The notes beneath the pieces were generated by a model, which saw only the letters and a program-made list of their open reading frames with translations, did no database searches and was not told the origin of the DNA. From a bacterium (GTDB lineage Bacteria > Arandabacterota > Arandabacteria > Arandabacterales > JALGWA01), in NCBI GenBank assembly GCA_050125095.1, contig JASFEA010000053.1:1-19476 (forward strand): DNA of 19,476 nt, in the 5' to 3' direction. Position 1 is the first letter of the stretch. Each line of letters opens with the position of its first letter. Below are positions 1 through 7,736 of this stretch, piece after piece. The translations under genes were made by a program, and so were the position numbers.

Positions 1-1
1 C

Positions 2-754
2 GTGGACGCGGCGAAGCGGGCCGTGGAGGCGGAGCCGTCGGTCGCCGATTATCACCTCTGGCTCGCCCGGGCTTATCTGCTGAGGGCCAGCCAGAGCACT
101 CTGCTCTCGCTCTGGTATGCGCATAAAGGCAAGGGAGAGTACGAGAAGTCGGTTGAGATTGATCCCGATAATGTTCAGATCAGGCTCGAACTCTGTCTTT
201 ACTATCTTCTGGCCCCGGGCATAGCCGGCGGGAGCGGCGACAGGGCCCGGGAGGAGGCGCAGACGATAGAAGCGCGGAGCCCGCTCTTCGGGGCGTATGC
301 CTGGGCGAGCATATATGAAAAGGACAAGGACTTGGACAGGGCGGAGGAGAGACTATTGCAGGCCGTCGAAATGGATACCACCTCTACGCTTCAGGCCAAG
401 TACGCCCTGGCCTATTTCTTTCACCGTAACGGGAGGCTCTCGGACGCGCGGCGGGTGTACGAGGAGATACAGGCCGAAAATCCCGGCGATATGACCGCCA
501 TGTATCACATTGCGACCACTTATGTCGTGGAGGAGCGGGAACTGGACAGAGCTCTGGAACTTCTCAATGCTTATCTGGAATCGGATCCCAAGCCCGACCA
601 GCCCACCCATGCCATGGCCCACTGGCGCCTTGGAATGGCTTACGACCTACAGGGCGAGAGGGAGCCGGCGCTTATGCACATGGAGAAGGCAGTGGAGCTC
701 AATCCCGATAACAAGGAGTTCAGGGCGGCGCTTGAGGCCGCGAGGAAGGAATGA
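2..754 (+). CDS. Tetratricopeptide-repeat (TPR) protein, 5' end probably outside the window
   Basis: Repeated TPR-like helix pairs (e.g. [43 protein letters not shown]); the ORF is open from the window edge, so the true start is not visible. Confidence 0.85.
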   Translation: MDAAKRAVEAEPSVADYHLWLARAYLLRASQSTLLSLWYAHKGKGEYEKSVEIDPDNVQIRLELCLYYLLAPGIAGGSGDRAREEAQTIEARSPLFGAYAWASIYEKDKDLDRAEERLLQAVEMDTTSTLQAKYALAYFFHRNGRLSDARRVYEEIQAENPGDMTAMYHIATTYVVEERELDRALELLNAYLESDPKPDQPTHAMAHWRLGMAYDLQGEREPALMHMEKAVELNPDNKEFRAALEAARKE

Positions 755-801
755 GGGCGCCTGGAGTCGCGCCCTCGGTTTCATTTCAAGGAGGTAACGC
801 C

Positions 802-1602
802 ATGCGAAAGGTAGTAATCGGCGTCTGCCTCGGTCTGGTGGTTCTGTCCCTGGCGCTGCTTCCGCGGCCGGCCGGGCTCTTCGCCGAGGGCGGTGAGGAC
901 CCGGAGGGTTGCGTGGAGACGCCGAAGGGCCCCATGGGGGCCGGGGGTGGAGCTGCAGGCGGAGGTGGACAGGCCGTGGCCGCAGCCCCCGTTTACGCCG
1001 TAACCGCGAAGATCGGGAAACCTGCCCCCGACTTCGAGGCCAACGGTTTCGTTAACGGGAAGTTCAAAAACATAACGCTGTCAGACTACAAGGGCCAGTG
1101 GGTGGTTCTGTGTTTCTACCCGGGCGACTTCACCTTTGTGTGACCTACGGAGTTGACGGCAGTTGCCGCCAAGTACGATGAACTGAAGTCGCTTGGAGTG
1201 GAAGTGCTTTCGGTAAGTGTTGACAGTCGTTTCGTTCACAAGATATGGCAGGAAACCGAGCTCTCGAAAATGATCGACGGCGGTGTGCCCTATCCCATGC
1301 TCTCGGACCAGGGCGGGCGCATCGGTACGGTCTACGGGGTCTATCAGGCCGACGCGGGCGTCAATACGCGGGGCCGCTTCATCATCGACCCCGACGGCGT
1401 CATCCAGGCCATGGAGGTGCTTACGCCTCCGGTCGGCAGGAATGTCACGGAGCTCATCAGGCAGGTCAAAGCATTCCAGCATGTGCGTGAGACCGGGGAG
1501 GCGACTCCTTCGGGCTGGCAGCCGGGCAAGCCTACGCTCAAGCCCGGGCCCGACCTCGTCGGTAATGTATGGAAGGTTTGGAAACCCGAGAACGCGTTCT
1601 AA
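802..1602 (+). CDS. prxU: Selenocysteine-containing peroxiredoxin (AhpC/Prx1, PrxU type) with predicted signal peptide; 266 aa, Sec at residue 114 (TGA 1141-1143)
   Basis: ORFs 751-1143 and 1153-1602 are in the same frame, separated by one TGA. Read-through gives [14 protein letters not shown], matching the AhpC active site FYPxDFTFVCPTE. Downstream [21 protein letters not shown] and [16 protein letters not shown] are AhpC motifs. Shine-Dalgarno AAGGAGGT (788-795) precedes ATG 802. Confidence 0.93.
1146..1175 (+). promoter_or_regulatory. Putative bacterial SECIS hairpin immediately 3' of the Sec UGA
   Basis: TTG-A-CGGC-[AGTT]-GCCG-C-CAA (1153-1172), extendable by TAC/GTA pairing; the apical-loop G (1162) lies 19 nt after the UGA, as expected for bacterial SECIS elements. 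Confidence 0.75.
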
Positions 1603-1608
1603 AAAGAC

Positions 1609-1684
1609 ACGGGGTCAGGTCTTGAAATGCACAATTTCGAGGTGCCTGACCCCGTTTTGCTGTGCATTCTGAGACCTGACCCCG
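1609..1684. repeat. REP-like inverted repeat (GGGGTCAGGTCTTGAAATGCACA family), possibly also acting as the prxU terminator
   Basis: Left arm 1610-1633 pairs with 1661-1684 (21/24 Watson-Crick plus 2 G-U); 1609-1619 also pairs perfectly with 1645-1655, which is followed by TTT. Confidence 0.8.
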
Positions 1685-1727
1685 GTATTCTGACCTCGCC
1701 ATACCAGAGCGGCTTACCATCTTGCGC

Positions 1728-1756
1728 TTGAACGTACCCGCCGTTTCAGATACTAT
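1728..1756 (+). promoter_or_regulatory. Putative sigma70 promoter of the trehalose operon
   Basis: TTGAAC (1728-1733), 17-nt spacer, TACTAT (1751-1756), 43 nt upstream of ATG 1800. Confidence 0.65.
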
Positions 1757-1799
1757 GCGGTTAGGAGCAGTTGAATCCTCTTAAGGCAGGTGATTTCTG

Positions 1800-3992
1800 A
1801 TGTCACGGCTGCTGATCGTGTCCAACAGGCTCCCGGTGACCATGAGCCGCAAAGACGGCAATCTCACCCTGGAGTCGAGCGCGGGGGGGCTGGCCACCGG
1901 GCTGGGTTCCATATACCGCACGCGCGATTCCCTCTGGATCGGGTGGCCGGGGGTGTCCCGGGAGAGGATCGGGGATCGCCAGGAAGAAATAAAGGCGCGC
2001 CTCGCCGAGGACAGGTTCTATCCGGTGTGGCTCACCCAGCACGATGTCGAGAATCACTATTACGGTTTCTGCAATAAAACCATCTGGCCGCTCTTCCACT
2101 ACCTCTCCCTCTATACCATATACAGCAAGAACTACTGGGAGGCCTACAAGCGCGTGAATATGGAGTTCTGCGACGAGGTGGTCAGTGTCGCCAATGAGGA
2201 CGACGTGATCTGGATCCAGGACTATCATCTCATGCTGCTCCCCAGGATGATCCGTGAGAAGATGCCGGATAGCTCAATCGGTTTCTTTCTCCATATACCT
2301 TTCGTTTCATCAGAGGTCTTCAGGCTGCTTCCATGGAGGCGCGAGATCCTGGAGGGGCTGTTGGGGGCCGACCTCCTGGGCTTCCACACCTATGACTACG
2401 TGCACCACTTCGTAGAGAGCGTCCGCCGCGTGACCGGCTACGAGCACTCTTTCGGTGACATCAGCGTAGGCGGCCGCACGGTTAAGGTTGACGCCTTTCC
2501 CATGGGTATCGACTACCAGAAGTTCTCCGGCGCCGAGCGGGACCGCAAGGTGCAGAAGGAGATCAAGCGGATCCGCGATAAGGTCGGCGAGCGCAAGGTC
2601 GTGCTTTCCATAGACCGTCTCGATTACACCAAGGGCATTCCCGAGCGCCTTGAGATATTCGACATGTTTCTGGACAAGTACCCGGAGTACCGCGAGAAGG
2701 TGACCATGATACTGGTGGCGGTGCCCTCGAGGACGGGTGTCGAGCACTACAGGATGCTCAAGCGCAGGCTCGACGAACTCATCGGCAGGATAAACGGCAA
2801 ATACGGCACCTTGGACTGGATGCCGGTCTGGTATCTCTACAGGTCGCTGCCGTTCAACATGATGGTGGCGCTTTACAACGTTGCCGACATCTGCCTTGTC
2901 ACGCCTTTGAGAGACGGGATGAATCTCATAGCCAAGGAGTTCATCGCCAGCAAAGAGGACGGCACGGGCGTCCTTATTCTCAGCGAGATGGCGGGCGCGG
3001 CCAAAGAGCTCGGCGAGGCGCTTATCGTCAATCCAAACAACAAGGAAGAAATCGTAGAGGCAATGAGGACGGCATTCACCATTCCGCCTGAAGAGCAGGT
3101 GGTGCGCAACAAGGTGATGCAGGACCGCCTCTCGCGTTACAGCATCGCCGGCTGGGTGGACGACTTCATGGACTGCCTGGCCAAGGCCAAGGCAAGGCAG
3201 CACGAAACGGGCGTCATCAGGCTCACCGACAAAAAAAGAGAAAGGCTGAGAGCCGCCTACCACGATGCTTCGGACCGGCTTATACTCCTCGATTACGACG
3301 GGACGCTGGTTCCCTTCGTGGACAGGCCCGAGAAAGCGTCGCCGGATCCCGAGATACTCGATATCCTGAAGGCGTTTGCCTGCGTGGAGGGAAATGAGGT
3401 TGTGCTGGTAAGCGGCCGGGACAGGGACACGCTGGAGCAGTGGTTCGGCGATCTGGACATCGGGATGGTGGCCGAGCACGGTGTCTGGACGCGTGACCGG
3501 GGCGGCGCATGGGAGATGATAGAGGCTCTCAAGGACGATTGGAAGAGCGAGATGAAGCCGCTTCTCGAGCTCTATGTCGACAGGACGCCCGGGTCGTTCG
3601 TCGAGGAGAAGAGCTACTCCCTGAGCTGGCATTATCGCAAGGCCGACGCCAGGCTCGCCTCGGTAAGGGCCAAGGAGCTCAAGGAAGACCTCATCAAGCT
3701 CACGGAGAACCTGGGCGTGCGCGTGCTCGAGGGGAGCAAGGTCATAGAGCTCAAGGACGCCGGCGTGAACAAGGGCCGGGCCGCGGCCCGCTGGCTCGGG
3801 CGAAAGGGCTGGGACTTCGTGCTGGCGATAGGCGACGACTGGACCGATGAGGACATGTTCGATGTTCTGCCGGATACCGCGTACTCGATAAAGGTGGGAT
3901 TGAGAGCCTCGAAGGCGCGTTTCAATATCGATTCGCAGGAAGATGTCAGGGTACTCTTAAAGGAACTGAGGGCTACTACATGCGAAGCTTAG
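1800..3992 (+). CDS. otsA: Bifunctional trehalose-6-phosphate synthase/phosphatase (OtsA-OtsB fusion, TPSP)
   Basis: GT20 motifs VSNRLP, SAGGLA, WIGWPG, IWIQDYHL, FFLHIPF, DRLDYTKG, RDGMNL; C-terminal HAD domain LDYDGTL, VSGR, IGDDWTDEDMF. Confidence 0.95.
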   Translation: MSRLLIVSNRLPVTMSRKDGNLTLESSAGGLATGLGSIYRTRDSLWIGWPGVSRERIGDRQEEIKARLAEDRFYPVWLTQHDVENHYYGFCNKTIWPLFHYLSLYTIYSKNYWEAYKRVNMEFCDEVVSVANEDDVIWIQDYHLMLLPRMIREKMPDSSIGFFLHIPFVSSEVFRLLPWRREILEGLLGADLLGFHTYDYVHHFVESVRRVTGYEHSFGDISVGGRTVKVDAFPMGIDYQKFSGAERDRKVQKEIKRIRDKVGERKVVLSIDRLDYTKGIPERLEIFDMFLDKYPEYREKVTMILVAVPSRTGVEHYRMLKRRLDELIGRINGKYGTLDWMPVWYLYRSLPFNMMVALYNVADICLVTPLRDGMNLIAKEFIASKEDGTGVLILSEMAGAAKELGEALIVNPNNKEEIVEAMRTAFTIPPEEQVVRNKVMQDRLSRYSIAGWVDDFMDCLAKAKARQHETGVIRLTDKKRERLRAAYHDASDRLILLDYDGTLVPFVDRPEKASPDPEILDILKAFACVEGNEVVLVSGRDRDTLEQWFGDLDIGMVAEHGVWTRDRGGAWEMIEALKDDWKSEMKPLLELYVDRTPGSFVEEKSYSLSWHYRKADARLASVRAKELKEDLIKLTENLGVRVLEGSKVIELKDAGVNKGRAAARWLGRKGWDFVLAIGDDWTDEDMFDVLPDTAYSIKVGLRASKARFNIDSQEDVRVLLKELRATTCEA

Positions 3993-5188
3993 AAGACTAC
4001 AGCGACATCGTGGGTGAAGAGGTCATATCGGCAATTTACAAGAAGGCGCGGTCGCTCTACGGGGTGAGAGTGCTTATGATCAATTCGACCTACTATGGCG
4101 GCGGCGTCGCTGAAATCCTGAATACATTTGTTCCGCTCATGAATGACATCGGGCTCAGGATGGGCTGGCGCATCCTGAGAGGCACCCCCGACTTCTTCGA
4201 CATCACCAAGCGTTTCCACAACGCGCTTCAGGGCGAGGAAATAAATCTCACCGAGATCAAGAAGGACCTCTATGTGGAAGCCAACCAGGCTTTCTCGACC
4301 TATACCCATATAGACCATGACTGTGTCATAATACACGACCCCCAGCCGCTTCCGCTCATCCGCTATTATGCCAAGAGGCAGCCGTGGATATGGAGATGCC
4401 ATGTGGACCTCTCGAACCCGAGCCCCGAGTTCTGGTCGTTTTTGAAACGCTTCATACTGCGCTACGACATGGTGGTCATATCGAGCTCCAAGTACAGGCG
4501 CGAAGACCTTCCCGTGTTCCAGAGGGTCATTCACCCTTCGATAGATCCTCTGTCTCCCAAGAACATGGACCTCAAGAAGGGCGTTATCGCCAAGTCCCTG
4601 AAGAGGTTCAAGATCCCGACCGACAAACCCATCATCGCCCAGGTCGGGAGGTTCGACAAGTGGAAGGGATGCGAAGCCGCGCTCGATGTTTACCAGCGCG
4701 TGAGGCAGAAGGTGGACTGCCGGCTGGTCCTCTGCGGCTCCATGGCGACCGACGACCCCGAAGGGCAGATCGTCTATGAAAGCGTGTTGAGAAAGGCCAA
4801 CGATCTGGTAAAGAACGGCGAAGTCATACTGATAACGAGCGAGAACAATATCCTCGTGAATGCGCTTCAGCGGGTCGCTTCGGTGATACTCCAGATGTCT
4901 TCCCGCGAGGGCTTCGGGCTCACCGTCACGGAGGGCCTCTGGAAGGGGAAACCCGTCATAGCCTCGAACGTGGGCGGTATCGGCCACCAGGTCGCCGACG
5001 GGGAGACCGGGTTCCTCCTGGAGCCGGACGATATCGACGGGTTCGTCGAAAATACGCTTCGCATTCTCAAGGACCCCAAAGCCGGCAAGGAGGTAGGTCG
5101 CGCCGGCAAGGAGTGCGTGCGCCAGAACTTCCTCATCACGAGGCTGCTCTCGGACTATCTCGATCTGCTGAACGACGTGATGGTATGA
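3980..5188 (+). CDS. treT: Trehalose glycosyltransferring synthase (GT4 family)
   Basis: TreT-type motifs NSTYYGGGVAEIL, IHDPQP, WRCHVD, PSIDPLSPKN, RFDKWKG, ATDDPEG, EGFGLTVTEGLWKGKPV; overlaps the TPSP stop by 13 nt. Confidence 0.88.
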   Translation: MRSLEDYSDIVGEEVISAIYKKARSLYGVRVLMINSTYYGGGVAEILNTFVPLMNDIGLRMGWRILRGTPDFFDITKRFHNALQGEEINLTEIKKDLYVEANQAFSTYTHIDHDCVIIHDPQPLPLIRYYAKRQPWIWRCHVDLSNPSPEFWSFLKRFILRYDMVVISSSKYRREDLPVFQRVIHPSIDPLSPKNMDLKKGVIAKSLKRFKIPTDKPIIAQVGRFDKWKGCEAALDVYQRVRQKVDCRLVLCGSMATDDPEGQIVYESVLRKANDLVKNGEVILITSENNILVNALQRVASVILQMSSREGFGLTVTEGLWKGKPVIASNVGGIGHQVADGETGFLLEPDDIDGFVENTLRILKDPKAGKEVGRAGKECVRQNFLITRLLSDYLDLLNDVMV

Positions 5189-5191
5189 CGA

Positions 5192-5817
5192 TTGGCCGCA
5201 TATGAGGGATACGAGAAATCGGCCCACCTCTACCATCTCTTCGACGATAAGGATAACATCGGCTTTTTTCTGAAATATGCCGCCGGGGTGTCGGAAGTCC
5301 TGGGCATCGGGGCGGGCACGGGACGAATAGCCATACCGCTTGCCAGGGCCGGCTCCGTGGTGACATGCGTCGAGCCGTCGCCGGCAATGCGGCGCGAGTT
5401 CGAGCTCAATCTGGCCGCGGAGCCCGAGATCGCGGCACGCGTATAAATGGTGGCAGGGACCTGTGCCGGATTCGACCTCGGCAGAACGTTCCCGCTGGCG
5501 GTGCTGTCCGGATGTTTCGACCACTTCCTGGATGACGGGGAGCGCCTGGCCTCACTCGGTAACGTCGCACGCCATCTCGAGAAAGGAGGCCGCCTGATAC
5601 TGGACTCCTTCCTCGGTCTCATGGGCGACAGCCCGCTTAAGCCGGCGCGCTCGCGGACCGGGTCGAGGTCAAGTCGCTGGCGGGCGTCACCACGCGCAGT
5701 CACATCATCGAGGTTCTGGGCGAGGCCGGTTTCAGGGTTCATGGGGAATTCGGTGATTATTACTTTACTCCCTATGAGGGGCAGGGACTTCTGATCGTGG
5801 ACGCGGTCAAGGTCTAG
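5192..5817 (+). pseudogene. Disrupted class I SAM-dependent methyltransferase
   Basis: Motif I VLGIGAGTGR, VEPSPAM and ARHLEKGGRLILD are present. In-frame TAA at 5444-5446; after ~5647 the typical C-terminus (LGEAGFRVHGEFGDYYFTPYEGQGLLIVDAVKV*) continues in another frame ending TAG 5815-5817. Confidence 0.8.
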
Positions 5818-5827
5818 GCGCGATGCC

Positions 5828-7066
5828 TCATGCAGGAGTTCCGCACTCCTCTTGCTTTTCGGCCTTTTCCCCTTCCACGATCTCCCGGCAGGCAACCACC
5901 CAGGACGGGATCTTCTCGGCGAAGCCCAGCTTCTCGAGATAAGTCCGGTTCATGTCCTGGCTCTTCTCCGACATGTACTTCCTGCGAAGATGATGATCGA
6001 TTGCATTGGCCGCGTGCACCGCGACGAGGGGCGTGAACGTGTCGGCCATGAACTCCTCGGGCTTGTGATGAAAAGCAAGGGCCTCAACCACCGGCTGATT
6101 GAATCCCCAGAGTCCCAGCAGGTAGGCGCCGATTTCAGAGTGAGTCGCCTTGAATATCGAGTGCTCCGACGCCTCGGCAGTCATCTCACCCGACTCCGCC
6201 CTCGAGATGGCGATCGAGTAGTCTTCCGGCAGATTGGTCGCAAGTACGAGTTTGCCCGCATCGTGAAGCATGCCGGCGGTGAGGGAGTCACTGATGATCT
6301 TGAGGTCGTCCGTTTCCATCTCGGCTATCTTCTTGGCGAAGCCCCCGACCGATATGCTGTGGCTCCACAGGGCGTCGGCGGAGAAGTTGGCGGGGCCGTC
6401 CCTGAATTCGGAGAAGACGTGGACGCCCAGCATCATTCCCCGGATATTGTCGATACCGAGCAGGCTGGCGGCCTGAGATGGGCTCTCCACCCGGCGGCGC
6501 ACGCCGAAGAACGCCGAGTTGACGAGCTGCAGTATCTTGGCCGTCATCCCTATGTCCTCGGATATGAGCTTTCCGATTGCCTGGAGCGAGGAATTCGGCG
6601 ACCGGAGCTCTTCCATGACCTTGAGATAAACCGGCGGAAGACTCGGGAGAGAATCCAGCCTCGATGCCAGCTGCTGCAGCGTTTCATTATTGAGAAGGCC
6701 GCTGAGCGCCATGGCCCGCTGGAGTATGGACCTCAGGGCTATCGCGTCGCTGGGCTTGCTGAGGTACTGATGCGCCGTCGCGGCGATCTTGACGGCCGTG
6801 TCCTCGTCTGCCTTGTCCGAGAGCACCAGTCTTATGGTGCGCGGGTACTTCTTCCAGACGTTCTCCAGAAGATGCAGGCCCGTCATACCGTTGAGATTGA
6901 GTTCGGTGACGATCGCGTCGAAGGGATTTTCCGACATTTTGGCGAGCGCCTCGTCGGGGTCGTCTACGAACTCCATGTCCCACTCCTCCTTGAGCGGGCC
7001 CAGGATCTGCATAAGGCCTTCAAGGACATTCAAGTCACTATCTACGAAGATGACTCTCTTCTTCAT
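5828..7066 (-). CDS. REC-HDOD signal transduction protein with atypical receiver domain
   Basis: N-terminal receiver fold (VIFVDSD, AIVTELNLNGMTG, YLSKP); HDOD motifs LPSLP, KILQLVNSAFFG, LWSHS, AGMLHDAGKLVL, HSEIGAYLLGLWGF, ALAFHH. Confidence 0.9.
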   Translation of the reverse strand: MKKRVIFVDSDLNVLEGLMQILGPLKEEWDMEFVDDPDEALAKMSENPFDAIVTELNLNGMTGLHLLENVWKKYPRTIRLVLSDKADEDTAVKIAATAHQYLSKPSDAIALRSILQRAMALSGLLNNETLQQLASRLDSLPSLPPVYLKVMEELRSPNSSLQAIGKLISEDIGMTAKILQLVNSAFFGVRRRVESPSQAASLLGIDNIRGMMLGVHVFSEFRDGPANFSADALWSHSISVGGFAKKIAEMETDDLKIISDSLTAGMLHDAGKLVLATNLPEDYSIAISRAESGEMTAEASEHSIFKATHSEIGAYLLGLWGFNQPVVEALAFHHKPEEFMADTFTPLVAVHAANAIDHHLRRKYMSEKSQDMNRTYLEKLGFAEKIPSWVVACREIVEGEKAEKQEECGTPA

Positions 7067-7195
7067 GGCATAGCCCCGTATTGTCTGTTGTGTAGTCTTC
7101 TACCACCTGGTGCGGGGACGCCCCCCTTGGTCGTATTATCGGCTGGCCCCCGGTCCCTCTTGACCCGGTCTTGCGCCGGCTGGGGGCCGGGGGGA

Positions 7196-7260
7196 TGTGC
7201 ATTTCAAGACCTGACCCCGGGGTCTGACCCGGGGCCTGACCCCCGGGGCTGCCCCCGCGG
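7196..7260. repeat. Second copy of the REP-like element followed by short tandem CTGACCC(C)GGGG units
   Basis: 7196-7219 TGTGCATTTCAAGACCTGACCCCG is the exact reverse complement of 1610-1633; units at 7211-7222, 7224-7234, 7236-7248 and a degenerate one at 7249-7260. Confidence 0.8.
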
Positions 7261-7289
7261 TTGACATTACCGGGTAGACCGGGTAGGCT
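7261..7289 (+). promoter_or_regulatory. Putative sigma70 promoter of the HU gene
   Basis: Perfect TTGACA (7261-7266), 17-nt spacer, TAGGCT (7284-7289); SD AAGGAGG at 7307-7313. Confidence 0.65.
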
Positions 7290-7319
7290 CGGAATAAGAA
7301 GCGAGAAAGGAGGCTTGCA

Positions 7320-7634
7320 GTGACCAAAGATAAGATGATTGAGGGCGTTATGAGGCACAGCGGGATCTCCAAGGCGAACGTGGAGCGTTTCTATGACGGT
7401 CTCGTATCGCTCGCGAGGAAAGAGCTCAGGACCAAGGGCGAATTCGTGCTTCCCGGCCTGGGAGCTCTCAAGGTGAGGGCCAGGAAGGCCAGGATGGCGC
7501 GCAATCCAAGGACCGGCGAGCCCGTTCGAGTTCCGGCCAAAAAGGTCGTCCGCCTAATACCGTATTCCGGTCTCAAGGACTTGTTCACGAAGAAGGAAGA
7601 AGAGCCAGCCGAGGAAAAAGAGGGTCTTCTCTAA
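7320..7634 (+). CDS. hup: HU/IHF-family DNA-binding protein
   Basis: LPGLGALKVRARKARMARNPRTGEPVRVPAKKVV is the HU/IHF arm signature; GTG start with strong SD. Confidence 0.92.
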   Translation: MTKDKMIEGVMRHSGISKANVERFYDGLVSLARKELRTKGEFVLPGLGALKVRARKARMARNPRTGEPVRVPAKKVVRLIPYSGLKDLFTKKEEEPAEEKEGLL

Positions 7635-7736
7635 CAGCACCGCAACCGGCTCACACCGGCCCCCGGCGGCGGGCAGGCGTGAAGGCCGGCCGGCCCACTC
7701 CCACGAGCGCTCCCGTGGAACAAGACAGGAGTATGG

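Noticed and set aside
751-1602. Two separate peroxiredoxin fragments or a nonsense pseudogene, and the 751 start
   Set aside because: The TGA sits at the catalytic Cys position with a SECIS-like hairpin and no other lesion; the strong SD points to ATG 802.
5444-5446. Stop-codon recoding in the methyltransferase
   Set aside because: The stop is TAA, not TGA/TAG, is not at a catalytic position, and the gene also has a frameshift.
1610-7219. Composite transposon carrying the trehalose genes
   Set aside because: No transposase or integrase and no target-site duplication noticed; the repeats occur in local clusters typical of REP-like elements.
7196-7260. CRISPR array (also considered for 11328-11453)
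   Set aside because: Units are 12-18 bp and abut without unique spacers; no cas genes.
2310-7264. Long opposite-strand ORFs (2310-3632, 3989-5524, 5852-7264)
   Set aside because: Antisense shadows of well-supported genes, expected in GC-rich DNA; no recognisable motifs.
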